This document shows, piece after piece, positions 9,273-18,393 of a stretch of 64,000 bases of DNA. How positions within the stretch are numbered: position 1 is the stretch's first letter; each line of letters starts with the position of its first letter. Under the pieces are notes generated by a model. It was not told the DNA's origin, searched no databases, and worked only from the letters and a program-made list of their open reading frames with translations. The translations under genes and the position numbers were made by a program. Source of the stretch: Candidatus Aenigmatarchaeota archaeon (GTDB taxonomy: Archaea; Aenigmatarchaeota; Aenigmatarchaeia; CG10238-14; SCSR01). The stretch is from NCBI GenBank assembly GCA_016181005.1, contig JACPAE010000001.1:90508-154507 (forward strand). Reading direction: 5' to 3'.

Positions 9273-10073
9273 TTAAACTATCCCGAATAATCTACCAGCT
9301 ACTGCGCTGGTGACACCAAGTGCAATTCCAGCTTCATGCGTAAGAACTACAAAATACACACCGCCCACTCTACCCCAAGGATTCCCATAGCGAGTTCTGA
9401 AGTGAGTTGCACCGTCGTTATAAACTCTCTGAACGGCCGTTGCATAACGATTCCCTAAGGCTCTCGCCCCTCTGCCAACTGCAGAGGCTCCGGATCTCAT
9501 GCCTCTCCCAATTCCATTGGCTGCCCTACCGTACAAACCGGCACTACCTGCGCCTATAAGCAATGAAGGTACCAAACCGATTGCTGCTCCTTCAATAGCG
9601 CCGTCTCCTAATCTCTGAACATAATTTGGCAGATTCTGATAACTGTCTACGACACCGCCCACCAAAGGCCAATTATTCAAGGCACCTAGAAGTGACTGGT
9701 ATCTATCAGGCTCGAAATAATGGCCTATTCCATTCAAGACAGCACCCAAGTAGGCAGACCTAGGAGTCATCCCTAGAAATGCATTTGCGTATCTTTCGCC
9801 GGCTGGTGTACCAGGAACGCTTGCGTTTTCTCGGAAATTATTAACCGCACCTTCAATGACAAGCGGTGCTGCAAAAAGTCCCATTGTCTCTATGCTGCTA
9901 GGTACCCCGTATCTTACAAAAGCGTCTTCTATATTTGTAGGGTTTAATTCTCCTAGAGTAGGAGCAGCATGCCTAACCGTATCTGCAATACCTGAAATCG
10001 TTGCTCCAATAATCAGTTTTAATGGACTTGCTGAAATATGCCCTATTGATTGTCGCGGTTGTACTATTGCCAT
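9273..10073 (-). CDS. glycine/alanine-rich hypothetical protein with hydrophobic C-terminus
   Basis: 266 aa with strong Gly/Ala/Arg bias and GxxxG-type repeats. It lies 4 nt downstream of the next gene. Confidence 0.4.
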   Translation of the reverse strand: MAIVQPRQSIGHISASPLKLIIGATISGIADTVRHAAPTLGELNPTNIEDAFVRYGVPSSIETMGLFAAPLVIEGAVNNFRENASVPGTPAGERYANAFLGMTPRSAYLGAVLNGIGHYFEPDRYQSLLGALNNWPLVGGVVDSYQNLPNYVQRLGDGAIEGAAIGLVPSLLIGAGSAGLYGRAANGIGRGMRSGASAVGRGARALGNRYATAVQRVYNDGATHFRTRYGNPWGRVGGVYFVVLTHEAGIALGVTSAVAGRLFGIV

Positions 10074-10077
10074 AAAA

Positions 10078-10434
10078 TCACTTAGCTGCAGCCGAAGGCT
10101 TCATCCCGCTTCTTATTCCTGCATATGCCCTATCTGCGCCATAGCCGATGCTTCTTGTCACTCCCCATGCCACTGCGCCTGTGAAAAGTGCCGGAGCCAA
10201 TAAGCCTGCTGTAAGAAAAGTGCCTATTCCTGCCAATGCTCCGAAAATATTGCTCCATCCTTTGTAGGGCTTTTCTATTACCTGATGCCTTAATTGATTC
10301 TTTACTCCGTTGTACACGCTTCTGGCCCTGTCTGTCATGCTGTACAAACTTTCGCTGCCTGTTTCCATGCCAGCGTCCTGGTAAGGCCCCAAGCTTCCTG
10401 CGCTTTCGTAACCATAATTTGCTCTCATGTTCAC
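10078..10434 (-). CDS. small glycine-zipper-like membrane protein
   Basis: 118 aa with GALAGIGTFLTAGLLAPALFTGAVAWG. A TATA-like ctttatata lies about 25 nt upstream on the minus strand. Confidence 0.4.
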   Translation of the reverse strand: MNMRANYGYESAGSLGPYQDAGMETGSESLYSMTDRARSVYNGVKNQLRHQVIEKPYKGWSNIFGALAGIGTFLTAGLLAPALFTGAVAWGVTRSIGYGADRAYAGIRSGMKPSAAAK

Positions 10435-10525
10435 TACTTGAAAGTGACAGTATATAAAGATTTCTATCCTCCACTATACACTTCAGAAACCAGCTTTCTT
10501 AACCTTCGACCGGCTAATTCTATGA

Positions 10526-10870
10526 ATGGAAGAAGTGGCACTCCAGTATCTCGTATGGTTCGGATTTGCAATTGTCGGAGCTGTCGTAACATTCTACGTC
10601 TTCGGCGCCGAGCTGCCTATATACCTGCTTATATCAGTCATCGGGCTTTTCCTTTACACCACTGCCAGCAACCCGCTGGTAAAGTTCTCTGGAGGATGGG
10701 TCGGAAGGCTTGCGGTAATACTGTTCCTCGTCAGCCTTGTTTACTATATGGTCACGAGCAACTTTTTCCCAGAGAACATATTCGAGTTCAAGTTTTTCAT
10801 GGCAGGGACTAGCTTTGTGGGCGAGCAGTCGAAGAACCTGGGCGAACTTGTTTTAAACTTTATCAGGTAA
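10526..10870 (+). CDS. small integral membrane protein
   Basis: 114 aa with three hydrophobic helices. Confidence 0.4.
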   Translation: MEEVALQYLVWFGFAIVGAVVTFYVFGAELPIYLLISVIGLFLYTTASNPLVKFSGGWVGRLAVILFLVSLVYYMVTSNFFPENIFEFKFFMAGTSFVGEQSKNLGELVLNFIR

Positions 10871-10879
10871 AGTAGTTGC

Positions 10880-11743
10880 ATGAGGCCGCTTGCCAAGTTT
10901 CTTGAGAACCAGCTGACGAAGGACGAGCTGGAGATGGTTCCGAAGAGCTATGATGTCATGGGTTCGGAGGGGAAGGGTGTCGCCATTATAGAGATTCCCA
11001 AGAAGCTGGAAGACAAGAAGCATTTGATTGCAGAGGCTGTCATGGACGTGAACAAGAATGTCAAGTCTGTTTTGAATAAAGTTTCTGGCCGCAAGGGGAC
11101 TTTTAGATTGGATGAACTGGAGTTGGTTGCCGGAGATGAGGATACCGAAGTTTTGCACAAGGAATATGGATATATGCTCAAGCTTGACCCGCAGAAGGTA
11201 TTCTTTTCGCCGAGGGAGGCTACCGACAGGGACAGGATTGCATCTTTAGTGAAACCTGGTGAGACTGTATTGGTGTTATTCTCTGGAGTCGCGCCTTATC
11301 CGATAGCTATTGCAAAGAAGTCTGATGCTAAAGTTTATGGTGTGGATATCAATCCGGCTGCGCATGAATACGCCAAGGAGAATATCCGAATCAACAAGCT
11401 GGCGCACAGGATTGTCGTTATTAATGATGACGTGAGGAATGCTGGCAGGATTTTTGATTTCAAGTTTGACAGAATCGTGATGCCAATTGCTGTCGGAGGG
11501 GAGGATTATCTGGATGAGGCGTTTTCAATGGTGAAGGATGGTGGCGTTATTCACTTTTATTCGTTTGGTGATGAAAAGGATTTGTTTTCGAAGGCGGAAG
11601 GTTTTGTCAAGGAAGCTGCAAATAGAAACAACATAAAGTTTGTTGTGGAACAGAAGAATAAGGTATTGCCGTTTGGCATTAGAAGCCATAAGATTTGCTT
11701 GGACATTAAAGCAGGGGTACCCAAGCCTGGTCTAAGGGACTAG
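10880..11743 (+). CDS. trm5: tRNA (guanine37-N1)-methyltransferase Trm5/Taw22-like (Met-10+ family)
   Basis: SAM fold ETVLVLFSGVAPYPIAIAKK...VYGVDINPAA...RIVMP. The last 33 nt overlap the tRNA-Leu 5' end. Confidence 0.75.
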   Translation: MRPLAKFLENQLTKDELEMVPKSYDVMGSEGKGVAIIEIPKKLEDKKHLIAEAVMDVNKNVKSVLNKVSGRKGTFRLDELELVAGDEDTEVLHKEYGYMLKLDPQKVFFSPREATDRDRIASLVKPGETVLVLFSGVAPYPIAIAKKSDAKVYGVDINPAAHEYAKENIRINKLAHRIVVINDDVRNAGRIFDFKFDRIVMPIAVGGEDYLDEAFSMVKDGGVIHFYSFGDEKDLFSKAEGFVKEAANRNNIKFVVEQKNKVLPFGIRSHKICLDIKAGVPKPGLRD

Positions 11744-11796
11744 CTTCAGGAGCTGGCGGCTTAGTGCCTTCGAGAGTTCGAATCTCTCCCCCTGCA
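11711..11796 (+). tRNA. tRNA-Leu (anticodon CAG), class II with long variable arm
   Basis: Hand-folded cloverleaf. Acceptor GCAGGGG/CCCCTGC forms 7 perfect base pairs. D-stem is CCC/GGG. Anticodon stem is CTAGC/GCTGG with loop TTCAGGA. Variable arm is 15 nt. T-arm is GAGAG-TTCGAAT-CTCTC with discriminator A. No encoded CCA. Confidence 0.85.
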
Positions 11797-12007
11797 CTTT
11801 GGATTTAGAGGAATTCTAGAAGATACTATTGTCTAAAGGTTTAGGACTAATTCCATTTGAAATAAGTATGATTATCTATTAAGTATAAATTTAATTATAG
11901 ATGGAAAAACTTTATACTTCTAGATAAAATCTCCTAAATGTTAATTCTGATGTGTTGCTCTTTAGGAACAACTTTAAGCATATAACTTCGTGTGATGATA
12001 TGTTCTT

Positions 12008-12490
12008 TCATTTTATGCCTATATCACCAAAAAATTCCAATAAGTTCAAACACCTGATTCCAAAATTTTGAGCTATTACAGGAATTCTATTTGCTTTTGT
12101 TTTGCTTTCATTTGTAACAATTATGGCGTTCATACAAATACTCAATGAAATTATCCATGGATCGGCCCATGCAGTAAGACCGTTGGTTTGAGTATTCCAA
12201 TAGTCTAGATTGTATTTCGTTTTTACTTTCTGCAAATTACTTACTTGTGCATTATCGACATTTATGAATATTTTTCTATTCTGTTGACACCATACAATCA
12301 ATTTGTTGTTACCATTTTGAATTTCTCTTTGGACCTCAATCGGTGCAATAATTTTATCACTAGCTACAAATTTTTCAATTTGTTTCCAAATAGGTAAAAA
12401 AATTACTTTATTCTTTGGGTACCATCTATCAAGATCAATCAGGGAGCTGGAATCAATACAATATGGAGGAATTAATCTCTTCTGCAACAA
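12008..12490 (-). CDS. DUF4411-family PIN-like putative nuclease (partner of ImmA/IrrE peptidase)
   Basis: 160 aa, 4 nt downstream of the COG2856-type gene. This conserved pair is known from defence islands. Confidence 0.55.
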   Translation of the reverse strand: MLQKRLIPPYCIDSSSLIDLDRWYPKNKVIFLPIWKQIEKFVASDKIIAPIEVQREIQNGNNKLIVWCQQNRKIFINVDNAQVSNLQKVKTKYNLDYWNTQTNGLTAWADPWIISLSICMNAIIVTNESKTKANRIPVIAQNFGIRCLNLLEFFGDIGIK

Positions 12491-12494
12491 GTCA

Positions 12495-13583
12495 TCACCC
12501 TATAAGTTTTTCTGCATATTTTGTTTTGACATTCAGGATTCCTGTAGCTTCAGAAAATGCTATGTCACCTTTCTTATAGGCTCCACTAACTTCTTTAATC
12601 GCTAGATTACCGACACGGTTAAAGAAAACCTTTTCCCATTTTCTACGAGCAAATTCATTTTTTTCCATTTTTTCTTTATAAAAAGTTTCTTTGAACATGT
12701 TGTAAATTCTACCGTCGATTTTTCGAATAAAAAGAAGTCTAAGCATCACGACTTGCTTGCTAACACCGTAGTGCTGAGAAATGTCTGAAATATTACTCCA
12801 ATTAATTTTTTCTAGTCCTTTTACCGCTATTTCTAAATTATTTCTAGGAACAAGAAATTCGGCAGAAAATGAATCACAATAATTCTCAATTGATTGCTTA
12901 TTTTCTTGTTCGATTTCAATAGAACAAATTGCGGATGTTCTTTTAAGCAAATGACAGACTTCATGAAAAAGCGAGAATAACTTTACAGTAGATTTATCAC
13001 TTTCATTTAGAACAATTATTGACATTTTTGAAAATATGCTAAATGCTCTAATATCATCTGCTCTAAAAGGATACTCTATGATTAGTATAGAAAGTTTTTC
13101 TTCTAAAATTTTCTTGTAATAAGGAAGTATCTCATCATATTTGCGAAACTCATGATTATCTATTTTCAAAAGTTTCTTGAATGATTCTACCAATTGCGTG
13201 GCAGTTAAATCTTCTGGAAAAATAGGAATCTGGCTTTGTTTTTCACTCAATTCTGCAATTTTACTAGCTAAATATTGTGCTCTTCTTTCGGCCAAGAATA
13301 TTTCTGGAGTAAGTTTTTTTTCACGGTTTATTCTATAATCTGGTATAGTCTCCAGTTTCGATATTCTCTCTGTAAAAAAGGCTATTAAAGGACGTTGATA
13401 AATATCAGATAGTCTCCTAATTTCTGTCATGGTTAAAAAATCTCGTCCAGATTCTATATTTTCAAGTTTTTCTTGGGAACGACCAAGCTTTTTTGCGATA
13501 TCTTTTAGTGTATATCCAGAACTTTCGCGAAGATAGAGTAAACTAGCAATCGGGACTTTTATTGTCTTATTTTTCTTCGTCAT
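12495..13583 (-). CDS. XRE-type HTH + ImmA/IrrE-family Zn-metallopeptidase (COG2856)
   Basis: N-terminal HTH (YTLKDIAKKLGRSQEKLENIESG) and HExxH in LFHEVCHLL. Confidence 0.8.
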   Translation of the reverse strand: MTKKNKTIKVPIASLLYLRESSGYTLKDIAKKLGRSQEKLENIESGRDFLTMTEIRRLSDIYQRPLIAFFTERISKLETIPDYRINREKKLTPEIFLAERRAQYLASKIAELSEKQSQIPIFPEDLTATQLVESFKKLLKIDNHEFRKYDEILPYYKKILEEKLSILIIEYPFRADDIRAFSIFSKMSIIVLNESDKSTVKLFSLFHEVCHLLKRTSAICSIEIEQENKQSIENYCDSFSAEFLVPRNNLEIAVKGLEKINWSNISDISQHYGVSKQVVMLRLLFIRKIDGRIYNMFKETFYKEKMEKNEFARRKWEKVFFNRVGNLAIKEVSGAYKKGDIAFSEATGILNVKTKYAEKLIG

Positions 13584-13635
13584 CTAAAACACATTATAAT
13601 TCTGCCATAATTGAAATAAGTTCAATTAATTTATA

Positions 13636-13776
13636 TTATTTTTCTTTTATTTTCTTCTTAATCAATTCTTCCAATAAGCTGGATGCTGAAGTTTCTTCTT
13701 CTATAGCTTTGATTTTGAATTTTTTCCATACCTCTCGATCTATAAGTATAGTCGTCCTAGAAAGATTCTTATCCAT
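13636..13776 (-). CDS. 46-aa ribbon-helix-helix (CopG/Arc-like) DNA-binding micro-protein
   Basis: MDKNLSRTTILIDREVWKKFKIKAIEEETSASSLLEELIKKKIKEK follows the beta-strand/two-helix RHH pattern. It lies upstream of and on the same strand as the ImmA operon, and is below the ORF-table cutoff. Confidence 0.45.
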   Translation of the reverse strand: MDKNLSRTTILIDREVWKKFKIKAIEEETSASSLLEELIKKKIKEK

Positions 13777-13884
13777 GTAATAATTGTGCAAAAGTAATAC
13801 TTATATACTTGAGTAATAATGTAATAATTATGCATCTGGAAAGATATTTAAATAGAGTCTGCGAAATAAAGAAAGAGGTTTTCC

Positions 13885-14955
13885 ATGTCTAAATCACTGA
13901 CTGTGTTGGATTTCTTTTGCGGTGCGGGTGGTTTTTCTGAAGGGTTCAAACAGTTAGGTTTTGATGTCGTTTATGGTGCAGATAATTGGAATCCTGCTAT
14001 CCAAACATTCAAAGCCAACAATTCCGATGCAGAAGTAGTCAAAGTTGATGTTCTAGAACTCAGTGCAACAGATGTACCTAAAGCTGATGTAATTATTGGA
14101 GGACCACCTTGTACAGAGTTCTCAGGATCGAATAGAGGAGGAAGTGGAAATGTAAAAGAAGGTATGGAACTTGTAAAAAGATTTTTGTATTATGTGCACG
14201 AGTTGAAACCTAGATGGTGGATTATGGAGAATGTACCTAGACTGTTGCAGACCCTGCCACCAAAATTTAGATTGAAAGATTTGGGTATTGATAAAGAAGG
14301 TATTTTCGAAATACCTAAAATGCAGGTATTCAATGCTGCGGATTTCGGCGCACCGCAAAAAAGAACAAGATTGTTATCAGGTAAATACCCGAACCCTCTA
14401 CAGACGCATTCTGAAAATCCTGTAGTTACATTGAACGGACAGAAACTATCGCATTGGTTCACAATGAGAAAAGTAATAGAATCATTTCCTAACCCGTTGA
14501 ACGAACCACGAAAGGGAAAGCACGTCAAAGATCCAAATTATAACTTCAATGTTACTGAGATGAAATTAGAGGATCATTTCGGCGACCATTCCATTATGAA
14601 AGATGAAGAGGCCGAAAGAAACAAGAGACAGAAAACGGAACATCCGTATTATGGGAAGATGAAATTTCCCGACGACTTGGACAGACCATCGAGAACTGTG
14701 ATGGCGACTCAGTTCAATGCATCACGAGAGACCATGGTCATCGCGATGAGTAATAACGGTCGCAAGATTATTTATAGGAAACCCACGATAAGAGAATGTG
14801 CATCATTGCAATGCTATCCTATAAACTACAAATTCATCGGCACAAACCCCACCACAAAGTACAAGCTGGTGGGAAATTCCGTTCCCGTGAAGTTGTCTAT
14901 GGCTGTCGCGAAAGCCATACTGAGAGAAGCTGGAATGAGAACTCGGAAAAACTAA
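13885..14955 (+). CDS. dcm: DNA (cytosine-5)-methyltransferase
   Basis: Motif I FCGAGGFSEGF, motif IV GGPPCTEFS, ENV, and the C-terminal target-recognition region. Confidence 0.9.
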   Translation: MSKSLTVLDFFCGAGGFSEGFKQLGFDVVYGADNWNPAIQTFKANNSDAEVVKVDVLELSATDVPKADVIIGGPPCTEFSGSNRGGSGNVKEGMELVKRFLYYVHELKPRWWIMENVPRLLQTLPPKFRLKDLGIDKEGIFEIPKMQVFNAADFGAPQKRTRLLSGKYPNPLQTHSENPVVTLNGQKLSHWFTMRKVIESFPNPLNEPRKGKHVKDPNYNFNVTEMKLEDHFGDHSIMKDEEAERNKRQKTEHPYYGKMKFPDDLDRPSRTVMATQFNASRETMVIAMSNNGRKIIYRKPTIRECASLQCYPINYKFIGTNPTTKYKLVGNSVPVKLSMAVAKAILREAGMRTRKN

Positions 14956-15740
14956 GCTCTTAGTGACATCCTTGCCTGTTTTTCAGAGGCGTTTGTGTAT
15001 CGTCTAAGCAGATAATATACGACGGACATGTATACGCTCGCACGCCTTGATTGATTCAAATTCAGACTGTGAAAACTGTAGAACCATGCATCGCCTCTAT
15101 TGGCCTCTTCGCATGCAAAAGCCAAGACAAGGGAAGCAACCATAATCCTCAACGGGACATCTTTCAAGCTCCTTATCTCGCCGTTCTTCATGTAAGTGTC
15201 GCCATCCAACCTGATGTTACCATATCCGTCCTTCGGGAAATGTTTCTCGACGAGCTGTTTGGTGAGTTCTACTATGTCGTCTGAAGAAATTATTCCTTTG
15301 CTCCTATAGACGCCATCAATGTTACTCTGCAATGTCGTCGCGTCTGGAATTTTCATAGCTATGCTCTCTAGGACGTCGTCTATGAAACCGTCCATGATTT
15401 TGGACCTGGTGGGGAAGTCTTCTCTCATCCATTTGACAAGAGTCTCGGTTATTTTGAAATGTGGCAGAGCATCAGTCGAACATTGCTCACGACTTAACCC
15501 TGGTGGTATTATCCTCCCTATCCAATCACACACGTGAGATATTTTGATGGTACTATGAATTGGACAGAGGCCGAACATGGACCTTGTAGTACGCTCACAT
15601 TCCGGATGTCTGCATTTTATGACGATGCCTGAGTGGTTCACTGGTGTCGGGTTCTCCTTCGGCAAACCACCCCCATTGGAAAATTCGACGATGTATCCTC
15701 CTTCTTCAAGGACTATACTGTCGTACATCTTTAGTGACAT
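14952..15740 (-). CDS. hypothetical Cys-cluster protein; candidate cognate restriction endonuclease (positional inference only)
   Basis: 262 aa, convergent with dcm (4-nt overlap) and translationally overlapping vsr upstream. Carries CRHPECERTTRSMFGLCPIHS. No family recognised. Confidence 0.3.
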   Translation of the reverse strand: MSLKMYDSIVLEEGGYIVEFSNGGGLPKENPTPVNHSGIVIKCRHPECERTTRSMFGLCPIHSTIKISHVCDWIGRIIPPGLSREQCSTDALPHFKITETLVKWMREDFPTRSKIMDGFIDDVLESIAMKIPDATTLQSNIDGVYRSKGIISSDDIVELTKQLVEKHFPKDGYGNIRLDGDTYMKNGEIRSLKDVPLRIMVASLVLAFACEEANRGDAWFYSFHSLNLNQSRRASVYMSVVYYLLRRYTNASEKQARMSLRA

Positions 15741-16155
15741 ATCTCTTAATCCTACCTAAAACCTTATCTGGATTACTCCTTATATCATGCTCCCAAAATT
15801 CAAATACTTTCCATCCTAGATTATCAAGTTCTTTTTTATTGATTTTATCTCGTTCGATGTTACGTTCGAACTTCCTTTTCCAGAATTCTGTATTTGTTTT
15901 AGGTATAGGCAGATTGCATTTTTTACACTTATGCCAAAAACAACCATTAACAAATACGGCAATCTTTTTCTTAGGGAAAATAAAATCCGGATTTCCTGGC
16001 AATGTGTTTCTTTCAATCTTTTTCTTCAATAACATGGATAGAATTTTTTCAGGTTTTGTACCACGGGGTTTATTGGATTTCATTGACTTGGAGACAGTTT
16101 TTGAGTTTGATTTAGGTGATTTTCCTACAGGTTGAGTTGTATACGCACGTTTCAT
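15706..16155 (-). CDS. vsr: very-short-patch-repair endonuclease
   Basis: GNPDFIFPKKKIAVFVNGCFWHKC...NTEFWKRKFERNIERDK...GWKVFEFWEHD is the canonical Vsr/DUF559 signature. Confidence 0.85.
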   Translation of the reverse strand: MKRAYTTQPVGKSPKSNSKTVSKSMKSNKPRGTKPEKILSMLLKKKIERNTLPGNPDFIFPKKKIAVFVNGCFWHKCKKCNLPIPKTNTEFWKRKFERNIERDKINKKELDNLGWKVFEFWEHDIRSNPDKVLGRIKRYVTKDVRQYSP

Positions 16156-16372
16156 GAAGAATATGTTGTAACCGAAAAGCTTATTTATTTCAAATACAAC
16201 TGTTATTCAATACAATACAGCCGACGCATGTTCGGTTTGTCCTGTAAAGGGGCACTTGAATGGAGTAGTATTGAAATCTATTCCTGATAATTTACTGGAT
16301 ATGTGACGTTTGTTGAGTATGGTTTGCGTATAGCGAACCTTTAAAAGGTCGTAAAGACCGGAGGAAAATAAA

Positions 16373-17407
16373 ATGCAAAATTTGAAAACGAAAGAATCTT
16401 CAGGTTGGGTTCGATTCAAGGCTTTAGAAGCCAAACAACCTGGTGGTACCCTTTACACTATAGTCATGAAAGGGAAAGATTTGGTTTCCAAATCTCGAGT
16501 TCTTACTAGAGACAAAGACGATGAAGGTGTGCAGAGAATCTTGAGTAAGGCGAGATGCAGAAGGATAGCTAGATTTTATGCTATGGATGACACACTCTTG
16601 CCTGGAAATATCGTAAGCACAATAGATAATAACGATGTCCGCATAGAAGATGGACATGTTCAAATAAGTAAAGACTTCATAAACGAAGTAATAGATGGTC
16701 AGCATAGATTGTGGGGATTTGATCCTGAGTATAATGAACAAGGGACGGATTTCGATGTGATACTCACATTCTTAATCGGTGCTGACGTGCAAACTAAAGC
16801 AAAACTCTTCTACAAAATCAATAAAGAACAAAAGAAAATAAATCCAAGTCTAGCATATGATTTGCTAATCGTAATGGGTAGCGATGAACTGAAAGCAGAG
16901 ATTGCTAAAGTTGTACAGGATTTGAACGAAGACAAAGAATCTGCATTCTACGGAACAATAAAAATCAGAGAAACCAGCGAAGGTACGATTTCGATGGCTA
17001 CAATGGCCCATAAAATCGAACAGTTTCTTAAGGGACCCATGGGAAAACGTTTCCTCGATAGAGAAGAACTAAACAAACAAGTTCTCTATGACGTATTAAG
17101 AAACTATTTCACAGCAGTGAAAAACTTGTTACCAGACGCATGGTCCGATTCGAATTGCATACTAGTCAAATCATTGGGTTGTGGCGCTCTGATAGAACTA
17201 CTTCCAGATGTGATATCTGAACACACGTCTAGAAATGGCCGTACAGTACCGACAGTAAAACAGTTTGTAGAGATAATGAAACCCGTATCATCATTCGACT
17301 TCTATGATCAAGAAGTAACTAACTTGGGTGGTGAAAAGGGTCAGAGATATCTAGCTAATCTATTAGTGGAAGAAATTGGAATCGGGGGATTCGAGGTGGG
17401 AAAATAA
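16373..17407 (+). CDS. DGQHR-domain protein (DndB-like, ParB-nuclease superfamily)
   Basis: Literal DGQHR motif (EVIDGQHRLWGF) in a DndB-like N-terminal context (GVQRIL...RIARFY). 344 aa. Confidence 0.8.
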   Translation: MQNLKTKESSGWVRFKALEAKQPGGTLYTIVMKGKDLVSKSRVLTRDKDDEGVQRILSKARCRRIARFYAMDDTLLPGNIVSTIDNNDVRIEDGHVQISKDFINEVIDGQHRLWGFDPEYNEQGTDFDVILTFLIGADVQTKAKLFYKINKEQKKINPSLAYDLLIVMGSDELKAEIAKVVQDLNEDKESAFYGTIKIRETSEGTISMATMAHKIEQFLKGPMGKRFLDREELNKQVLYDVLRNYFTAVKNLLPDAWSDSNCILVKSLGCGALIELLPDVISEHTSRNGRTVPTVKQFVEIMKPVSSFDFYDQEVTNLGGEKGQRYLANLLVEEIGIGGFEVGK

Positions 17408-17433
17408 CCCACCCTTAATTTTAAGTGATGTGA

Positions 17434-18306
17434 ATGGACGAAGAAACGTTAAGAAAACTCCAAAGTGAATATACAAACTCTAAAGGGTCAGAGAAACAAA
17501 GATTGTGGAGAGAAGAAAATCTACGAAAAGAATTTGTTGAAAATTTTCCCATAGAAGAAATACCTAAGATGAAACTTGAAGATTATGTTGTGGGATTACC
17601 TAAAGAAGATGGCACAAGAAATATTCATAGTTTTTGCAATTGGATTGAAAATGTTACGCAGGAATCTGGACAGATATGGATTGGTGGTTCTGGCGCATAT
17701 GTTATTTTCTTTGAAGTTGAGCGTGATGGTGAGATGATAAACTCATTTATGATTAGAGAAGGTAACGAAAGCACCCCAATAAGAGAAGATGTAGCTGGAG
17801 AAGAATTTGAAAAAGTCAAAAGAATGTTGTATCGAATGTTGAAATTCGGAGAAGATGATAACATAGACGCAGTAAAATCAATTTATAACGAATTTAAGAT
17901 GCACAGTCATGTTAAAGCTAAGATTTTGCATTTGTATTTCCCTGAAATGTTTTTGAACGTTTTTTCAAGTTATTGGGTGAATAGTTATTTGAATTCTTTG
18001 GATTTACAAATAGAATCCGATGCGTTCGATGGTAGAATGTCTTTGATGAAGTTTAAACAAAATGATTCTATAATGTCTAAATGGACTACACAACAATTTG
18101 CAGATTTTCTATTGTACACGTTCCCACCTAACATTAAAGCTATTAAAGAGTTGGATAAAAAGAAAAAGGAATTAATCATCAGGATGAAAGAACTAGAATC
18201 GATGTTTATCAATGGTGAAAAGGGTTTAGAAGATGACGCACTTGAATATAATAAAAATCTACAGAAGAAAATAGACGAAATAAATAAACAACTAGAAGAA
18301 CTTTAA
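17434..18306 (+). CDS. hypothetical protein with C-terminal coiled coil, operonic partner of DGQHR protein
   Basis: 290 aa, 26 nt downstream on the same strand with the same AT-rich composition. No recognisable motif. Confidence 0.45.
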   Translation: MDEETLRKLQSEYTNSKGSEKQRLWREENLRKEFVENFPIEEIPKMKLEDYVVGLPKEDGTRNIHSFCNWIENVTQESGQIWIGGSGAYVIFFEVERDGEMINSFMIREGNESTPIREDVAGEEFEKVKRMLYRMLKFGEDDNIDAVKSIYNEFKMHSHVKAKILHLYFPEMFLNVFSSYWVNSYLNSLDLQIESDAFDGRMSLMKFKQNDSIMSKWTTQQFADFLLYTFPPNIKAIKELDKKKKELIIRMKELESMFINGEKGLEDDALEYNKNLQKKIDEINKQLEEL

Positions 18307-18356
18307 TTCAGAGATAACATACATTATCAATGAGCTAACGATACTTTCTTTACCCG

Positions 18357-18393
18357 CTCTAACACCATTTAAACCCAAAAAGCTGAATATTCT
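18357..18393 (+). promoter_or_regulatory. promoter-like motif copy 1 (aacaccatttaaa + downstream cc.aaa..c.gaatatt)
   Basis: Shares a 13/13 identical core plus a similar downstream half with the copy at 19068-19106. Confidence 0.3.

Noticed and set aside
12495-13583. ImmA/IrrE gene as a prophage repressor-antirepressor module indicating a prophage
   Set aside because: No phage structural or integrase genes nearby. The pairing with DUF4411 fits the defence-island module better.
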